Part shown: positions 47,473 through 56,422 of the stretch, piece by piece
How the letters are laid out: every line of letters begins with the position of its first letter
Numbering within the stretch: the stretch's first letter is position 1
Virus record (IMG/VR): IMGVR_UViG_3300027769_000026
Coordinates: 1 to 64,000 of that record
Reading direction: 5' to 3' (one strand)
Origin: a virus
Lineage: Duplodnaviria; Caudoviricetes
Length of the DNA stretch: 64,000 nt
Program-made: the position numbers and the translations under genes
The notes under the pieces: model-generated
Seen by the model: only the letters and a program-made list of their open reading frames with translations
What the model was told of the DNA's origin: nothing
Databases searched by the model: none

Positions 47473-47479
47473 GTTTATC

Positions 47480-48196
47480 ATGCCTATTACCACCGCCAGA
47501 CTCGCAATGCGAGCAGATCCAAATACAGTGCTAGGAGCCGAAGCCGCTAACAGTCCTCTGCTGGGATTTTTACGAACCGCAGGTCCGCGAGAAAACGGCA
47601 CAAACGCTGTTTCTCAAACGATCGAAGGAGTGACCGACTGGGTAAGAGGTAGACTGGGTGGCAATGCTGCCGGCGGCGGAAACAGTCTGGTATTAAATTT
47701 TCCGTATACTCCTGTGATACGAACAGGAACAGAAGCAATGTATACAGAAATGGAATTAACGCATACCAATTATCAGCCGCATGCTTTCAATCGTTCTCAA
47801 ATTCAAAATATCAGCATCCAGGCCAAATTTACATCACAAACAGATCTATGGGCTAAACACAGTTTGGCAGTGATCCATTTCTTGCGCACAATAACCAAGA
47901 TGCGATATGGCGCAGGCGACCCATTGAGGGGTGCACCACCACCCGTGCTTAGTTTCACAGCATACGGAAGATACATGTTTGAAAATGTACCAGTGGTGGT
48001 CAAAAGCTTCAATATCACACTACCAGATGACGTGGATTACGCAGAGTTGAATGTGGCCGGACAGTATCATGCTGTACCCACATTGTTCACCGTTGACATT
48101 GAGCTAATGGTTCAACGTGCAGTTGGTCCAATCAAAGATGAATTTACTCTGGGTAAATTTGCAGGTGGACAGTTAGCTGAAAAAGGATACATCTAA
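47480..48196 (+). CDS. baseplate tail-tube initiator/cap-like protein (gp48/gp54 position)
   Basis: LNFPYTPVI, THTNYQPHAF, GAPPPVLSFTAYGRYMFENVPVVVKSFNITLPDDVDY. Confidence 0.7.
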   Translation: MPITTARLAMRADPNTVLGAEAANSPLLGFLRTAGPRENGTNAVSQTIEGVTDWVRGRLGGNAAGGGNSLVLNFPYTPVIRTGTEAMYTEMELTHTNYQPHAFNRSQIQNISIQAKFTSQTDLWAKHSLAVIHFLRTITKMRYGAGDPLRGAPPPVLSFTAYGRYMFENVPVVVKSFNITLPDDVDYAELNVAGQYHAVPTLFTVDIELMVQRAVGPIKDEFTLGKFAGGQLAEKGYI

Positions 48197-48492
48197 TGGC
48201 AGTTGTATATGATTCACGTAGCTTTTACGCCAAGACAAACATGAAGTCAAGCTATCTTGACTATACCAATGCACCAGCAATCGTTTTAGACAGCGAGCAA
48301 TCGCAGTTGATCATTGATCGCAAGTATCACAATCGACCAGACAAGTTGTCATATGATCTTTATCAAAGTGCAAAGTACTGGTGGGTGTTTGCTGTGTGCA
48401 ATAGAGATGTGCTAGAAGATCCAATTTGGGACTTTGTTGCTGGGTTGCAGATATTGGTTCCTAGCCCACAATCAGTTCAAAGGATTGCCTAA
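48196..48492 (+). CDS. gp53: baseplate wedge LysM-like protein (gp53-like)
   Basis: YHNRPDKLSYDLYQSAKYWWVFAVCN...DPIWDF. Confidence 0.82.
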   Translation: MAVVYDSRSFYAKTNMKSSYLDYTNAPAIVLDSEQSQLIIDRKYHNRPDKLSYDLYQSAKYWWVFAVCNRDVLEDPIWDFVAGLQILVPSPQSVQRIA

Positions 48493-50474
48493 TGCCAGTA
48501 ACAACACAGAGACTTTTTCCAAAGTTAACCTTTGACCAAAACACGCTGAACAAATACACCAGTGTTGATTATCGACTGCGTCTAACAGCAATGAAGGATG
48601 CAGAATCAGCATTTTCATATGATCCCAGTAGAGGAATCACACTGGCAGAATCAGCGACCACCAGCAGATTTATTTTTTCAGATCTGGAATTCAAACAAAA
48701 TTATTCACTGACACCCAATGCTCGGTCTAGCTTTATTGTGAACGGAACCATGACAATCATTGATCCAAGTGGGTTCAAGTTCATGGATGCCATGGTAGAT
48801 TCCGCATCTACACTTGGCGTAAAAAACGGTATCATCAACGCAAGATATCTACTGGAAATCGAATTCGTAGGTCACAAGGATGACGGATCGGTTGTGATTG
48901 AACCAGACCGAGGTGTTTATGTTGTTGCCATAATGAAAGCCGAAGTTCGACTGACAGAAAAAGGCGGCGAATTCAAATTACAATTCTCCGGCACCGATGG
49001 CGATGCATTACGACATGTGAACGTTACTTTACAGACAACAAAAACCATCCAGCATGCCGGGCATTTCAAAGACTTCATAAAAGAACTTGAAACCATGCTG
49101 AATGAGGAAGAAGCCAAAAAAGTAGGAAAAGGCGATCAGGAGTTTCCAAACAAATGGAAATTTATACTAGAACCCTATATTGAATCTAGTCCGCATTTCA
49201 AATTTGCCAGTCAGTCTGCCAACCAGCAATATAGAGATCGAACACAACGTCCAATGGATGGCAGCAACGGGCAACTAAATGCCACACGCGAGGGCTCAAC
49301 GATATTGCAAGTGATTGACAATGCCATGGCAGACACAGATGCCATGCGACTAGGGCTAAACCAAGACGGCACAGTGAGCGATCCATTGCGAGTTGTTGAT
49401 CAAGGCACAGCATCTGCAGATCTAAAAAAGATCAAGCAGATGTATAGAATTGACAGTCACGTACAGCTACAAGACAAGTGGGACAGCATAACCAACGATT
49501 ATGTGAGAGAATTTTACTACTATATTTTCTTGACAGACGCAGATACCAATGCTTTCTTCTATGGTCCAGTGAATCAAATACCTCCTGCAGAATATCAAGA
49601 AATTGTAAAACTTAGACTGGAAAATGCAGCCTATATAAATCATCTTAGAAGAAAATATGACTATTACTATACAGGATTGAACAGCGAAATATTAAAGTTT
49701 GATCTCAAAGCTGAATTTGTCATGTTTGTTGCTGAACATTTACATAGGCAATATTCGCCGGGATCAGGTACTGCGCCAGGTCCAGGCGCAACTGGTCGCC
49801 CAGGTCAAGCACCTCGTCCAACAAACGCACTACCGGTCAATCCAAATGCACCAACCAATGCCGCCGGCAGGAAGTTGGTATATGCGGAAGATGCTCCAGG
49901 ATTGAAGCAACAGTCAACAGGTGGAAGATTGAACTCGTCAGCAGACAGCGGCATGGCAGGAGGTCAAGTAGTTTTCCCTCATATTTTCAGTTATGACAAC
50001 AGCAACGTGGATCAAGGCACAGCGTCACAAGATCCGTCAGCAGACGAACGTCGTCGCATGAAATTCCAACACGTGTATGATGCTATGTCGTACACTGGCC
50101 CAGATTTCTTGCGCCTACAAATGACCATACGCGGAGATCCCTATTGGTTTGGATCAGCCAAGCCCATATATGCACAGCTTGGTTTGTCCAATGCTGCCGG
50201 TAACCCAACAGAAAGAATATCTCGTGCAAACTTTTTCCTTGGTGCACAACGCATATATGTAGAAGTTCATTCAGCGGATCTGGCTGCACAAGACGATGCT
50301 GGCCTCACGCCAACCAACAGAGCAATGTCGGGCGTGTATTATATCATGGAATGCAAAAATAGATTTGTTGGTGGTCGATTTGAGCAAGAACTCAGTTGCA
50401 CAAGAGATCTGCATGTGTTTGGCAAAGCAATGATAGATGCCATACAAAGCGCCACAACAAACCCAATCAGATAA
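48492..50474 (+). CDS. baseplate hub protein (gp27/late-control-D-like)
   Basis: Lies between the gp53-like and gp5-like genes; C-terminal LQMTIRGDPYW...SGVYYIMECKNRFVGGRFEQELSC. Confidence 0.72.
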   Translation: MPVTTQRLFPKLTFDQNTLNKYTSVDYRLRLTAMKDAESAFSYDPSRGITLAESATTSRFIFSDLEFKQNYSLTPNARSSFIVNGTMTIIDPSGFKFMDAMVDSASTLGVKNGIINARYLLEIEFVGHKDDGSVVIEPDRGVYVVAIMKAEVRLTEKGGEFKLQFSGTDGDALRHVNVTLQTTKTIQHAGHFKDFIKELETMLNEEEAKKVGKGDQEFPNKWKFILEPYIESSPHFKFASQSANQQYRDRTQRPMDGSNGQLNATREGSTILQVIDNAMADTDAMRLGLNQDGTVSDPLRVVDQGTASADLKKIKQMYRIDSHVQLQDKWDSITNDYVREFYYYIFLTDADTNAFFYGPVNQIPPAEYQEIVKLRLENAAYINHLRRKYDYYYTGLNSEILKFDLKAEFVMFVAEHLHRQYSPGSGTAPGPGATGRPGQAPRPTNALPVNPNAPTNAAGRKLVYAEDAPGLKQQSTGGRLNSSADSGMAGGQVVFPHIFSYDNSNVDQGTASQDPSADERRRMKFQHVYDAMSYTGPDFLRLQMTIRGDPYWFGSAKPIYAQLGLSNAAGNPTERISRANFFLGAQRIYVEVHSADLAAQDDAGLTPTNRAMSGVYYIMECKNRFVGGRFEQELSCTRDLHVFGKAMIDAIQSATTNPIR

Positions 50475-50488
50475 TATAGGAAGCACAC

Positions 50489-52984
50489 ATGGCAAGACCA
50501 AATAACACATCAGATAGAGGAACAGTAGCACCAGCGTTCCGCGATGGCAACAGCGGACAGAACAACAATGCATTTGGTTTTTACACAGCCAAAGTAATGA
50601 ACAACATTGATGCTCTTAAATTAAATCGTGTGCAAATACACGTTCCGGCATTTGGTGGTCTTGAAACAGATTCAAAAAGTTGGCTAACAGCTCGTCCAAT
50701 GTCACCGCACGGTGGAGTCACACCCAACACTGGTAACCAAACAGATTTTGAAAAAGTGCAGAAAGCATATGGTACATTTACGCCTGCACCAGACATAGGA
50801 AGCACAGTCACAGTTGCATTTCTAGATGGCAATGTCAACCAACCTGTCATCGTTGGATCCTTGTTTCAGGACAACCTTATACATTCATTGCCGGGCATTG
50901 GCACAGGAAAATACAAAGACAAGAATGGAAACATAGTTGAAGGTCCTGTAACAGAACACAATCATTCTACCCAGACTGATGTACCAACAGAAAGAGTGCG
51001 GCACAGGACACTTGATGATGCAATCAAAAAGCAAGGACTAGACCGAGATCCTTACCGCGGTCCGTCTACCAGTTCAAGTCAGCGCGAAAGCCCAAGTCGT
51101 GTGCATGGTATGTTAACACGAGGTCAGCAACAGTTTGTCATGGACGATGGAGACGCCGACGGCAATAATCGTTTAATACGTCTGCGTACACGTAATGGCG
51201 CACAGCTATTGTTGAGCGACAGTTGCGGCTTTGTCTATATCATCAGCAAGGATGGAAACAGTTGGTTAGAACTTGCAAATGATGGCTCGGTTAGCATATA
51301 TGGCGCCGACAGTATAAACATTCATTCAGGTAAAGATCTCAATCTGGTTGCACAAGGTGCAGTCAATATTGAAGGCAATGATGTCAACATCAAAAGCAGG
51401 ACCGCAGACATACGCATGGAATCAAAAATGGATTTTCATGCCACATCGCACGGCAGCATGTATCACTACAGTGAGAAAAATGCTGACTTGCTGGTCAAGG
51501 GCAACTATAAAGAAACAGCACAAAAAATCGACATGAATGGTCCCAAAGCAGAAGAAGCTAAACAGCCACCCCTGCATGATCTTTCGGTGAACACTGGTTT
51601 TCGACAGAGCATTGCCAGCGCCGCGCCTGAAGCTGAACCATGGGGCGGACATGCTGGTTGTGGCGACGGGACAAACAAAAACCCAAGTCTTGATTCAGAT
51701 CAAACTTCAGCGTCGGGAATTCCAGACACAGCTGGTCAACAGGTTGGAAACAACACAGCCAGCGCATTGCCTCCTGGTCAACAAACCACCCTGCCGGGCA
51801 GTATGTCAGGTTTACCTGGTGTATCTGCAATTGGCGGACAGGCACAAAGCGGCAGCTTGGGCAGTGTACTTGGTTCGGCAGCACAGCTACCAACTGGCAT
51901 TGACACACAGGGCGTGCTTGGTGTGCTAGGCGGTGCAACTGCAAATGTACTGGGTGTGCCAAGCACAGGGTTCTTGGGAAATCCCAAGGCACAGGCACAG
52001 GCAAATCCAGATAGATATGGTGAATATCCAAGTCCTCCTATTTCTAGAGCCAAACCACCCAGCGGTGGCGGATTTTTACGCGACGGTAGTGGCAATGTGG
52101 TCAAAGATGGCCAAGGAAATCCAGTGCGTACTGGCGGCAGTACCGAGGGCGGTACAAGCGAATCAACCACACAGCCATCCGCTGGTGGCAACAAAACTGA
52201 GTCAGTGCCACCTAGGCCGTCGGACGACAAGAGCTGTGAAAAAGGCCCGTCTACTCCGGCCACTTCGCTGGATGAATATGGTTGCTTGATGATCTGTTGT
52301 TTTGAGTTATACAGGGGCACACCATATAAAGATGGCACTCAAGGATATGCATCCATTGGATATGGTCGTTTGATGTCTGAGAAATCTGAACCTTTTGTTG
52401 CAAAAGGACACGACGAAGGTCAGGGCGGCATCACCGAAGCAGAAGCATGGGCAGGACTACAGCGTTACAAGAGCACATACGAAGCAGGTGTAAATCGTCT
52501 AAGCGGCGGCCGACCAATACCACAAAATGTGTTCAATGGTATATGCAGTTTCTTGTATCAGAACGGACAAAATCGTACTACTGCGAATGGACAAGATCTT
52601 AAACAGTTGATATCTGCAGGCAATTGGGCCAAAGTAGCACAAGCAATCCAAGGACACGGCGGTGACCGCCATAGAAGAGCACTAGAAGCACAGCTGATCG
52701 TGAACGGCTGTTATCCATTCCAGATTGTTAGCAAAGGTTCTGCCAGAATACGAGAAGAGAAAACACTCGAAGGAATTCGAGCACTTGGCGGAGCATTGAA
52801 GTCTCCAGGCGGCGTAAACGGCAATCGAGGATATAATTTTGCCACACACGGTAATAGTCCACGTGCAACGCCAAACCAAATCACACAAAACCAAGCAAGT
52901 CGTTTGTTGAGAATCTATGCTGGAGATACTCGTCCAGCTGTAGCGGATGCCGCTAAACGATTGCTCGGGCAGGGCGGCGGTTGA
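50489..52984 (+). CDS. gp5: baseplate central spike (gp5/VgrG-like) with a C-terminal GH24 lysozyme domain
   Basis: OB-fold AKVMNNIDALKLNRVQI...PDIGSTVTVAFLDGNVNQPVIVG; beta-helix region; C-terminal FELYRGTPYKDGTQGYASIGYG and RRALEAQL lysozyme motifs. Confidence 0.85.
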   Translation: MARPNNTSDRGTVAPAFRDGNSGQNNNAFGFYTAKVMNNIDALKLNRVQIHVPAFGGLETDSKSWLTARPMSPHGGVTPNTGNQTDFEKVQKAYGTFTPAPDIGSTVTVAFLDGNVNQPVIVGSLFQDNLIHSLPGIGTGKYKDKNGNIVEGPVTEHNHSTQTDVPTERVRHRTLDDAIKKQGLDRDPYRGPSTSSSQRESPSRVHGMLTRGQQQFVMDDGDADGNNRLIRLRTRNGAQLLLSDSCGFVYIISKDGNSWLELANDGSVSIYGADSINIHSGKDLNLVAQGAVNIEGNDVNIKSRTADIRMESKMDFHATSHGSMYHYSEKNADLLVKGNYKETAQKIDMNGPKAEEAKQPPLHDLSVNTGFRQSIASAAPEAEPWGGHAGCGDGTNKNPSLDSDQTSASGIPDTAGQQVGNNTASALPPGQQTTLPGSMSGLPGVSAIGGQAQSGSLGSVLGSAAQLPTGIDTQGVLGVLGGATANVLGVPSTGFLGNPKAQAQANPDRYGEYPSPPISRAKPPSGGGFLRDGSGNVVKDGQGNPVRTGGSTEGGTSESTTQPSAGGNKTESVPPRPSDDKSCEKGPSTPATSLDEYGCLMICCFELYRGTPYKDGTQGYASIGYGRLMSEKSEPFVAKGHDEGQGGITEAEAWAGLQRYKSTYEAGVNRLSGGRPIPQNVFNGICSFLYQNGQNRTTANGQDLKQLISAGNWAKVAQAIQGHGGDRHRRALEAQLIVNGCYPFQIVSKGSARIREEKTLEGIRALGGALKSPGGVNGNRGYNFATHGNSPRATPNQITQNQASRLLRIYAGDTRPAVADAAKRLLGQGGG

Positions 52985-53359
52985 TCAGATACTGTGAGGA
53001 TCAGGTAGTTCATGTGAATGCTGTAAACGCAATATGAACTCCTGCTCTCGTGTTAAGAACAGCGCAATACGTACACGGCGGTCGAGAGTGAATGGATCAC
53101 GATGTGAGGCTATCATTACCTCTACAACATCCTCGCTTCTAATAAATTCTCCAATCCAAGACGAGTGAATGCCATGTGATATAACTTCATGTGGTTCATC
53201 CATATCCATTGCTATAATAGTCAGCACATGCACGAACCTCCCTTGGAAGGGAGGAATTGAGTGCTCACGGATCTTTAATTTTAGTGGTACATCTCTTTCA
53301 AAATTCCACCACTTGCTGGTATTGTTGTATGCCAAATTAGATCTTTTCTCCTGCTTCAA
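52985..53359 (-). CDS. hypothetical protein downstream of the ligase gene
   Basis: 124-aa ORF; a TTG start at 53335, just after the ligase stop, is also plausible. Confidence 0.55.
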   Translation of the reverse strand: MKQEKRSNLAYNNTSKWWNFERDVPLKLKIREHSIPPFQGRFVHVLTIIAMDMDEPHEVISHGIHSSWIGEFIRSEDVVEVMIASHRDPFTLDRRVRIALFLTREQEFILRLQHSHELPDPHSI

Positions 53360-54644
53360 AACCGCGGAAGCCCTTGAACCGTGGAAAGCGCAGGCTGTAA
53401 GAACCGTCTTGATTTTGAGTCACTGCATCGGCACGTACCTCTACTAAATGACCCAGTACCTTAGTACGATCAGTCCAGACAGCGTCACGTAGGTCATCGC
53501 TAAATCCGCTACCACAATTAGTTTTGATTGTTTTCCCATCGTCTTCACCTTCTAGCACCAGTGCTCCAAGTCGTCCTACGTTCTTGCCGGTACCTTCTTC
53601 TATATCTATCACCTTGAGGCTGACTTCGATAAAAGGCTTTTGCTTGAGCCATGCCACACTGCGTTTGCATTCGTAGTGAGCCGCAGGATCCTTGATCATG
53701 ATTCCTTCGTATCCGTCGGCAATGGCCTTGACATTGATCTCACGAAAACGTGCAACGCCTTCCTTGCTGGACAAATTGACATGTTCATATCCCAGTGTAC
53801 GAACATTGGCCATTGCAAATGCATCAATGAAACCCTTCAGCATGTTGCTACGATTTAACTGAGCTACTTCACTTTTTCCTGCTTGGAAATCAGTCAAAGG
53901 CAACCAATCAAACAAGTATAGAACAGCATCCTGTGCATTGACATCGCTTTTGCGATGTACCTGCCGCATGAGGTCCTGGAATGAGCTAGACATGACCTCT
54001 CCGTCAAACACAGTGGGTTCACTGAGTGAACCAGCAATGCTGGCAAATTGTGCCTTGATATGCGGAAAGTTAACCAGCTCTTTGCCGTTGCGGCTGTACT
54101 GATCAACGCGACCATCTGGGTAAACCACAGTGAGCACACGCACTCCGTCCAGCTTGACTTCAATCAGCTTGTTGCCGGTTACCTTGCTTTCGTGGTTGGC
54201 ACCGTCATGTGCCAGCTGGCATTCAAACAGCGGAATAGAAAACTTAGGAAACTTCTTGGCGGTCACACGATTGATGGTACCTTCAGTGGCACCACAGCGC
54301 ATGTCCTTGAGCAGGATGCGTCGATACCAGCCGTTCCATTCTGCCACCGTGGCACGAGCCATTGCCGCTTCCAGTGCGTCCCTTGCGGCATTGCCTGTCA
54401 GCTCACGCTGGCCCAGTTTACGTGCAAGCTCACAAAAATCTGCAAACGTAAAGGTGCCGGTTTGATTGGGAGTGAGTTTTTCAGGTACCTGCTTGACACC
54501 AAATGTGATCATTGGGTCATATGCCATACGGAAGCCATCAAACAGTTCTGTATTACCAGCTTCGGCTTCACGAAGCACAATGGCTTCTTTTGCCAACTTT
54601 GAGCTGGTAAGTGACAGCTCGTCAATGATTTTGTAGCAAGGCAT
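53337..54644 (-). CDS. lig: ATP-dependent DNA ligase
   Basis: Motif I EVKLDGVRV, motif III FDGEV, motif IV YEGIMIK, WLKQKP, and OB-fold SLRFPRF. Start at ATG 54644 with SD GAGGA. Confidence 0.95.
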   Translation of the reverse strand: MPCYKIIDELSLTSSKLAKEAIVLREAEAGNTELFDGFRMAYDPMITFGVKQVPEKLTPNQTGTFTFADFCELARKLGQRELTGNAARDALEAAMARATVAEWNGWYRRILLKDMRCGATEGTINRVTAKKFPKFSIPLFECQLAHDGANHESKVTGNKLIEVKLDGVRVLTVVYPDGRVDQYSRNGKELVNFPHIKAQFASIAGSLSEPTVFDGEVMSSSFQDLMRQVHRKSDVNAQDAVLYLFDWLPLTDFQAGKSEVAQLNRSNMLKGFIDAFAMANVRTLGYEHVNLSSKEGVARFREINVKAIADGYEGIMIKDPAAHYECKRSVAWLKQKPFIEVSLKVIDIEEGTGKNVGRLGALVLEGEDDGKTIKTNCGSGFSDDLRDAVWTDRTKVLGHLVEVRADAVTQNQDGSYSLRFPRFKGFRGFEAGEKI

Positions 54645-54674
54645 ATTGGATCCTCTGTGTGTTAACGTACCATT

Positions 54675-54702
54675 ATTATAGCACATTTTGAGTCCTTGTC
54701 AA
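54675..54702 (-). promoter_or_regulatory. sigma70-type early promoter for the ligase (TTGACA-16-TATAAT, extended TG)
   Basis: Minus strand reads AGAGG TTGACA aggactcaaaatgtgc TATAAT. Confidence 0.8.
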
Positions 54703-54753
54703 CCTCTAAAATGTCGTATAAAAACAACAACTTAGTGGTGCTGTAAAAGCATC

Positions 54754-54761
54754 TATAAATA
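54754..54761 (+). promoter_or_regulatory. late promoter TATAAATA
   Basis: Exact T4 late consensus upstream of the ABM-like gene. Confidence 0.75.
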
Positions 54762-54798
54762 CAAACGGACACGAATTGTCCAATTTAGGAGAAATAAC

Positions 54799-55116
54799 AT
54801 GGCATACGTCATAAAGAGAGTAACGACTCGCGCAAACGCAAATCGTCCTTTCGCACTTGGATCTCCGCGCCTTCGCGCAAATCCAGAGTTTCAGAAGTTT
54901 TTTGAACTTCGCAAAAATGCGCCAGGCTTCCTGGGCATGACTCGCACACTAAGCGACGATAAACTGACAGTCACAACCGAAACACGTTGGGAAAGCCAGG
55001 CAGCAGCCAAAGCCTTCAGAAACAAGTATCCTCGTTTGTTTCGTAAAGTAATGGGCATGATGGGACAATATAATCGCAACAACACAATGCGATCAAGGTC
55101 GACAGTAGTGGCATAA
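54799..55116 (+). CDS. highly basic ABM/dimeric alpha-beta barrel-like protein
   Basis: APGFLG...TETRWESQAAAKAF; preceded by an exact T4 late box TATAAATA (54754-54761) and SD AGGAG. Confidence 0.7.
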   Translation: MAYVIKRVTTRANANRPFALGSPRLRANPEFQKFFELRKNAPGFLGMTRTLSDDKLTVTTETRWESQAAAKAFRNKYPRLFRKVMGMMGQYNRNNTMRSRSTVVA

Positions 55117-55127
55117 TAAGCTATACT

Positions 55128-55148
55128 CTTTAGATAGCTTATCTAAAG
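55128..55148 (+). other. perfect 9-bp inverted repeat between the ABM-like and HNH genes
   Basis: CTTTAGATA-GCT-TATCTAAAG. There is no clean U tract, so it may be a terminator or a processing/stability hairpin. Confidence 0.5.
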
Positions 55149-55160
55149 TAGGGTAATATT

Positions 55161-55697
55161 TTGAGTGACACACTTTTGCTAAATCAAGATGGGCGGCCGC
55201 TGAGAATGTTGCCCCCATCTACCTTAAACTGGCAAGATGCCGTCAAGGCTCTTTGGCTGGACAAAGTAGTTGTGATCAAAAATCACGACGACTGGTTCGT
55301 GCGAAGCCAAAAATTGGTTCTACCAGTGCCCAGCATTGTAATGACCAAAGATTATGTGCTACCTCAACTGGGCGTAAACTTCAACCGTAAAATGGTGTAT
55401 CTTCGGGACGAGTATACCTGCCAGTACTGCGGATCAGAATTCAACGTAGATGACCTAACACTGGATCATGTGATTCCTAAAAGTCTTGGCGGCAAGCTGG
55501 ATTGGGACAACGTGGTCACAGCATGTACTTCATGCAACTTCATGAAAGGTGCAGATCTGGTCATGCCGCGCAAAACACCAGCACAACCCAACTACTGGGA
55601 AATGGCCCGAAAAGCACGTGCTCACGTGAAATTCACCATGCGTGATCCTGCATGGGCTGAATACATCGGCGTGGAGTACAACGACAAGGCCGCATAG
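55161..55697 (+). CDS. HNH endonuclease (McrA-type)
   Basis: YTCQYCG...LTLDHVIPKSLGG...NVVTACTSCNFMKG; TTG start. Confidence 0.92.
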   Translation: MSDTLLLNQDGRPLRMLPPSTLNWQDAVKALWLDKVVVIKNHDDWFVRSQKLVLPVPSIVMTKDYVLPQLGVNFNRKMVYLRDEYTCQYCGSEFNVDDLTLDHVIPKSLGGKLDWDNVVTACTSCNFMKGADLVMPRKTPAQPNYWEMARKARAHVKFTMRDPAWAEYIGVEYNDKAA

Positions 55698-55748
55698 GAC
55701 TCATTTCTCTTCTGCAGATAATTAACAGTATAAGCAGAGGAGCATGTC

Positions 55749-55988
55749 ATGATAAACATGGAAATTGAGTACGAAGATTGTGCATTGGTATTGAAGCCAG
55801 GCGGCGGGATTGAAGTATACTGCCCGCCAGAAGCTTCCACACAAGCAAACGTAAAAATGCTACGTTCTATACTGATTGCCTTGGTACAATCAGTATCGGA
55901 TTCTGCTGATATCCCAAAATTGCTTGAAGAAATTGAGCAGAACATCCAGATAGGCGTAGATACCACGCAGAGGCGTATTTTGCATTAA
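55749..55988 (+). CDS. hypothetical protein (79 aa)
   Basis: SD GAGGAG upstream. Confidence 0.6.
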   Translation: MINMEIEYEDCALVLKPGGGIEVYCPPEASTQANVKMLRSILIALVQSVSDSADIPKLLEEIEQNIQIGVDTTQRRILH

Positions 55989-56009
55989 CAGCTCGGTTTT
56001 TGTCGCCAA

Positions 56010-56015
56010 TAAATA
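56010..56015 (+). promoter_or_regulatory. late promoter TAAATA
   Basis: AATAAATA upstream of gp25. Confidence 0.68.
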
Positions 56016-56041
56016 GGTAGTGAAGGAAACAAACTACCAAC

Positions 56042-56422
56042 ATGGCAACATTCAAGGGTTATTCTAGTCTAGCAGGCGAATTCAGTGAACCTGCTCTTTT
56101 TGACAAAGAGCTGGCACGTCGTGACCTGCTGAATCATTTTTACACACGTCGTGGTGAACGCCTTATGTCTCCTTTGTATGGCAGTGTCATTTGGGACATA
56201 CTGTTTGAGCCCATGACAGAAGAACAACAAGAAATTATTTTTAGCGATGCACAACGAATCGTCGGACAAGATCCGCGCTGGAAACTCAAAGAAGCCAGCA
56301 TTCGAAGTGACACTGTTGGACAAACCATATACCTAGACATGCTTCTAACTTATGTTCCTAGCACGTCCGAAGAAACGCTTACTGTAGCGTTTGAAACAAA
56401 TACCAGAGGAAATAATCCATGA
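56042..56422 (+). CDS. gp25: baseplate wedge protein (gp25-like)
   Basis: DLLNHFYTRRGERLMSPLYGSVIWDILFEP...DPRW. Confidence 0.92.
   Translation: MATFKGYSSLAGEFSEPALFDKELARRDLLNHFYTRRGERLMSPLYGSVIWDILFEPMTEEQQEIIFSDAQRIVGQDPRWKLKEASIRSDTVGQTIYLDMLLTYVPSTSEETLTVAFETNTRGNNP

Noticed and set aside
54799-55116. ABM-like protein as a second, IsdG-type heme-degrading enzyme partnering HemO
   Set aside because: It contains no histidine for heme ligation and lies 52 kb from the bilin cassette.
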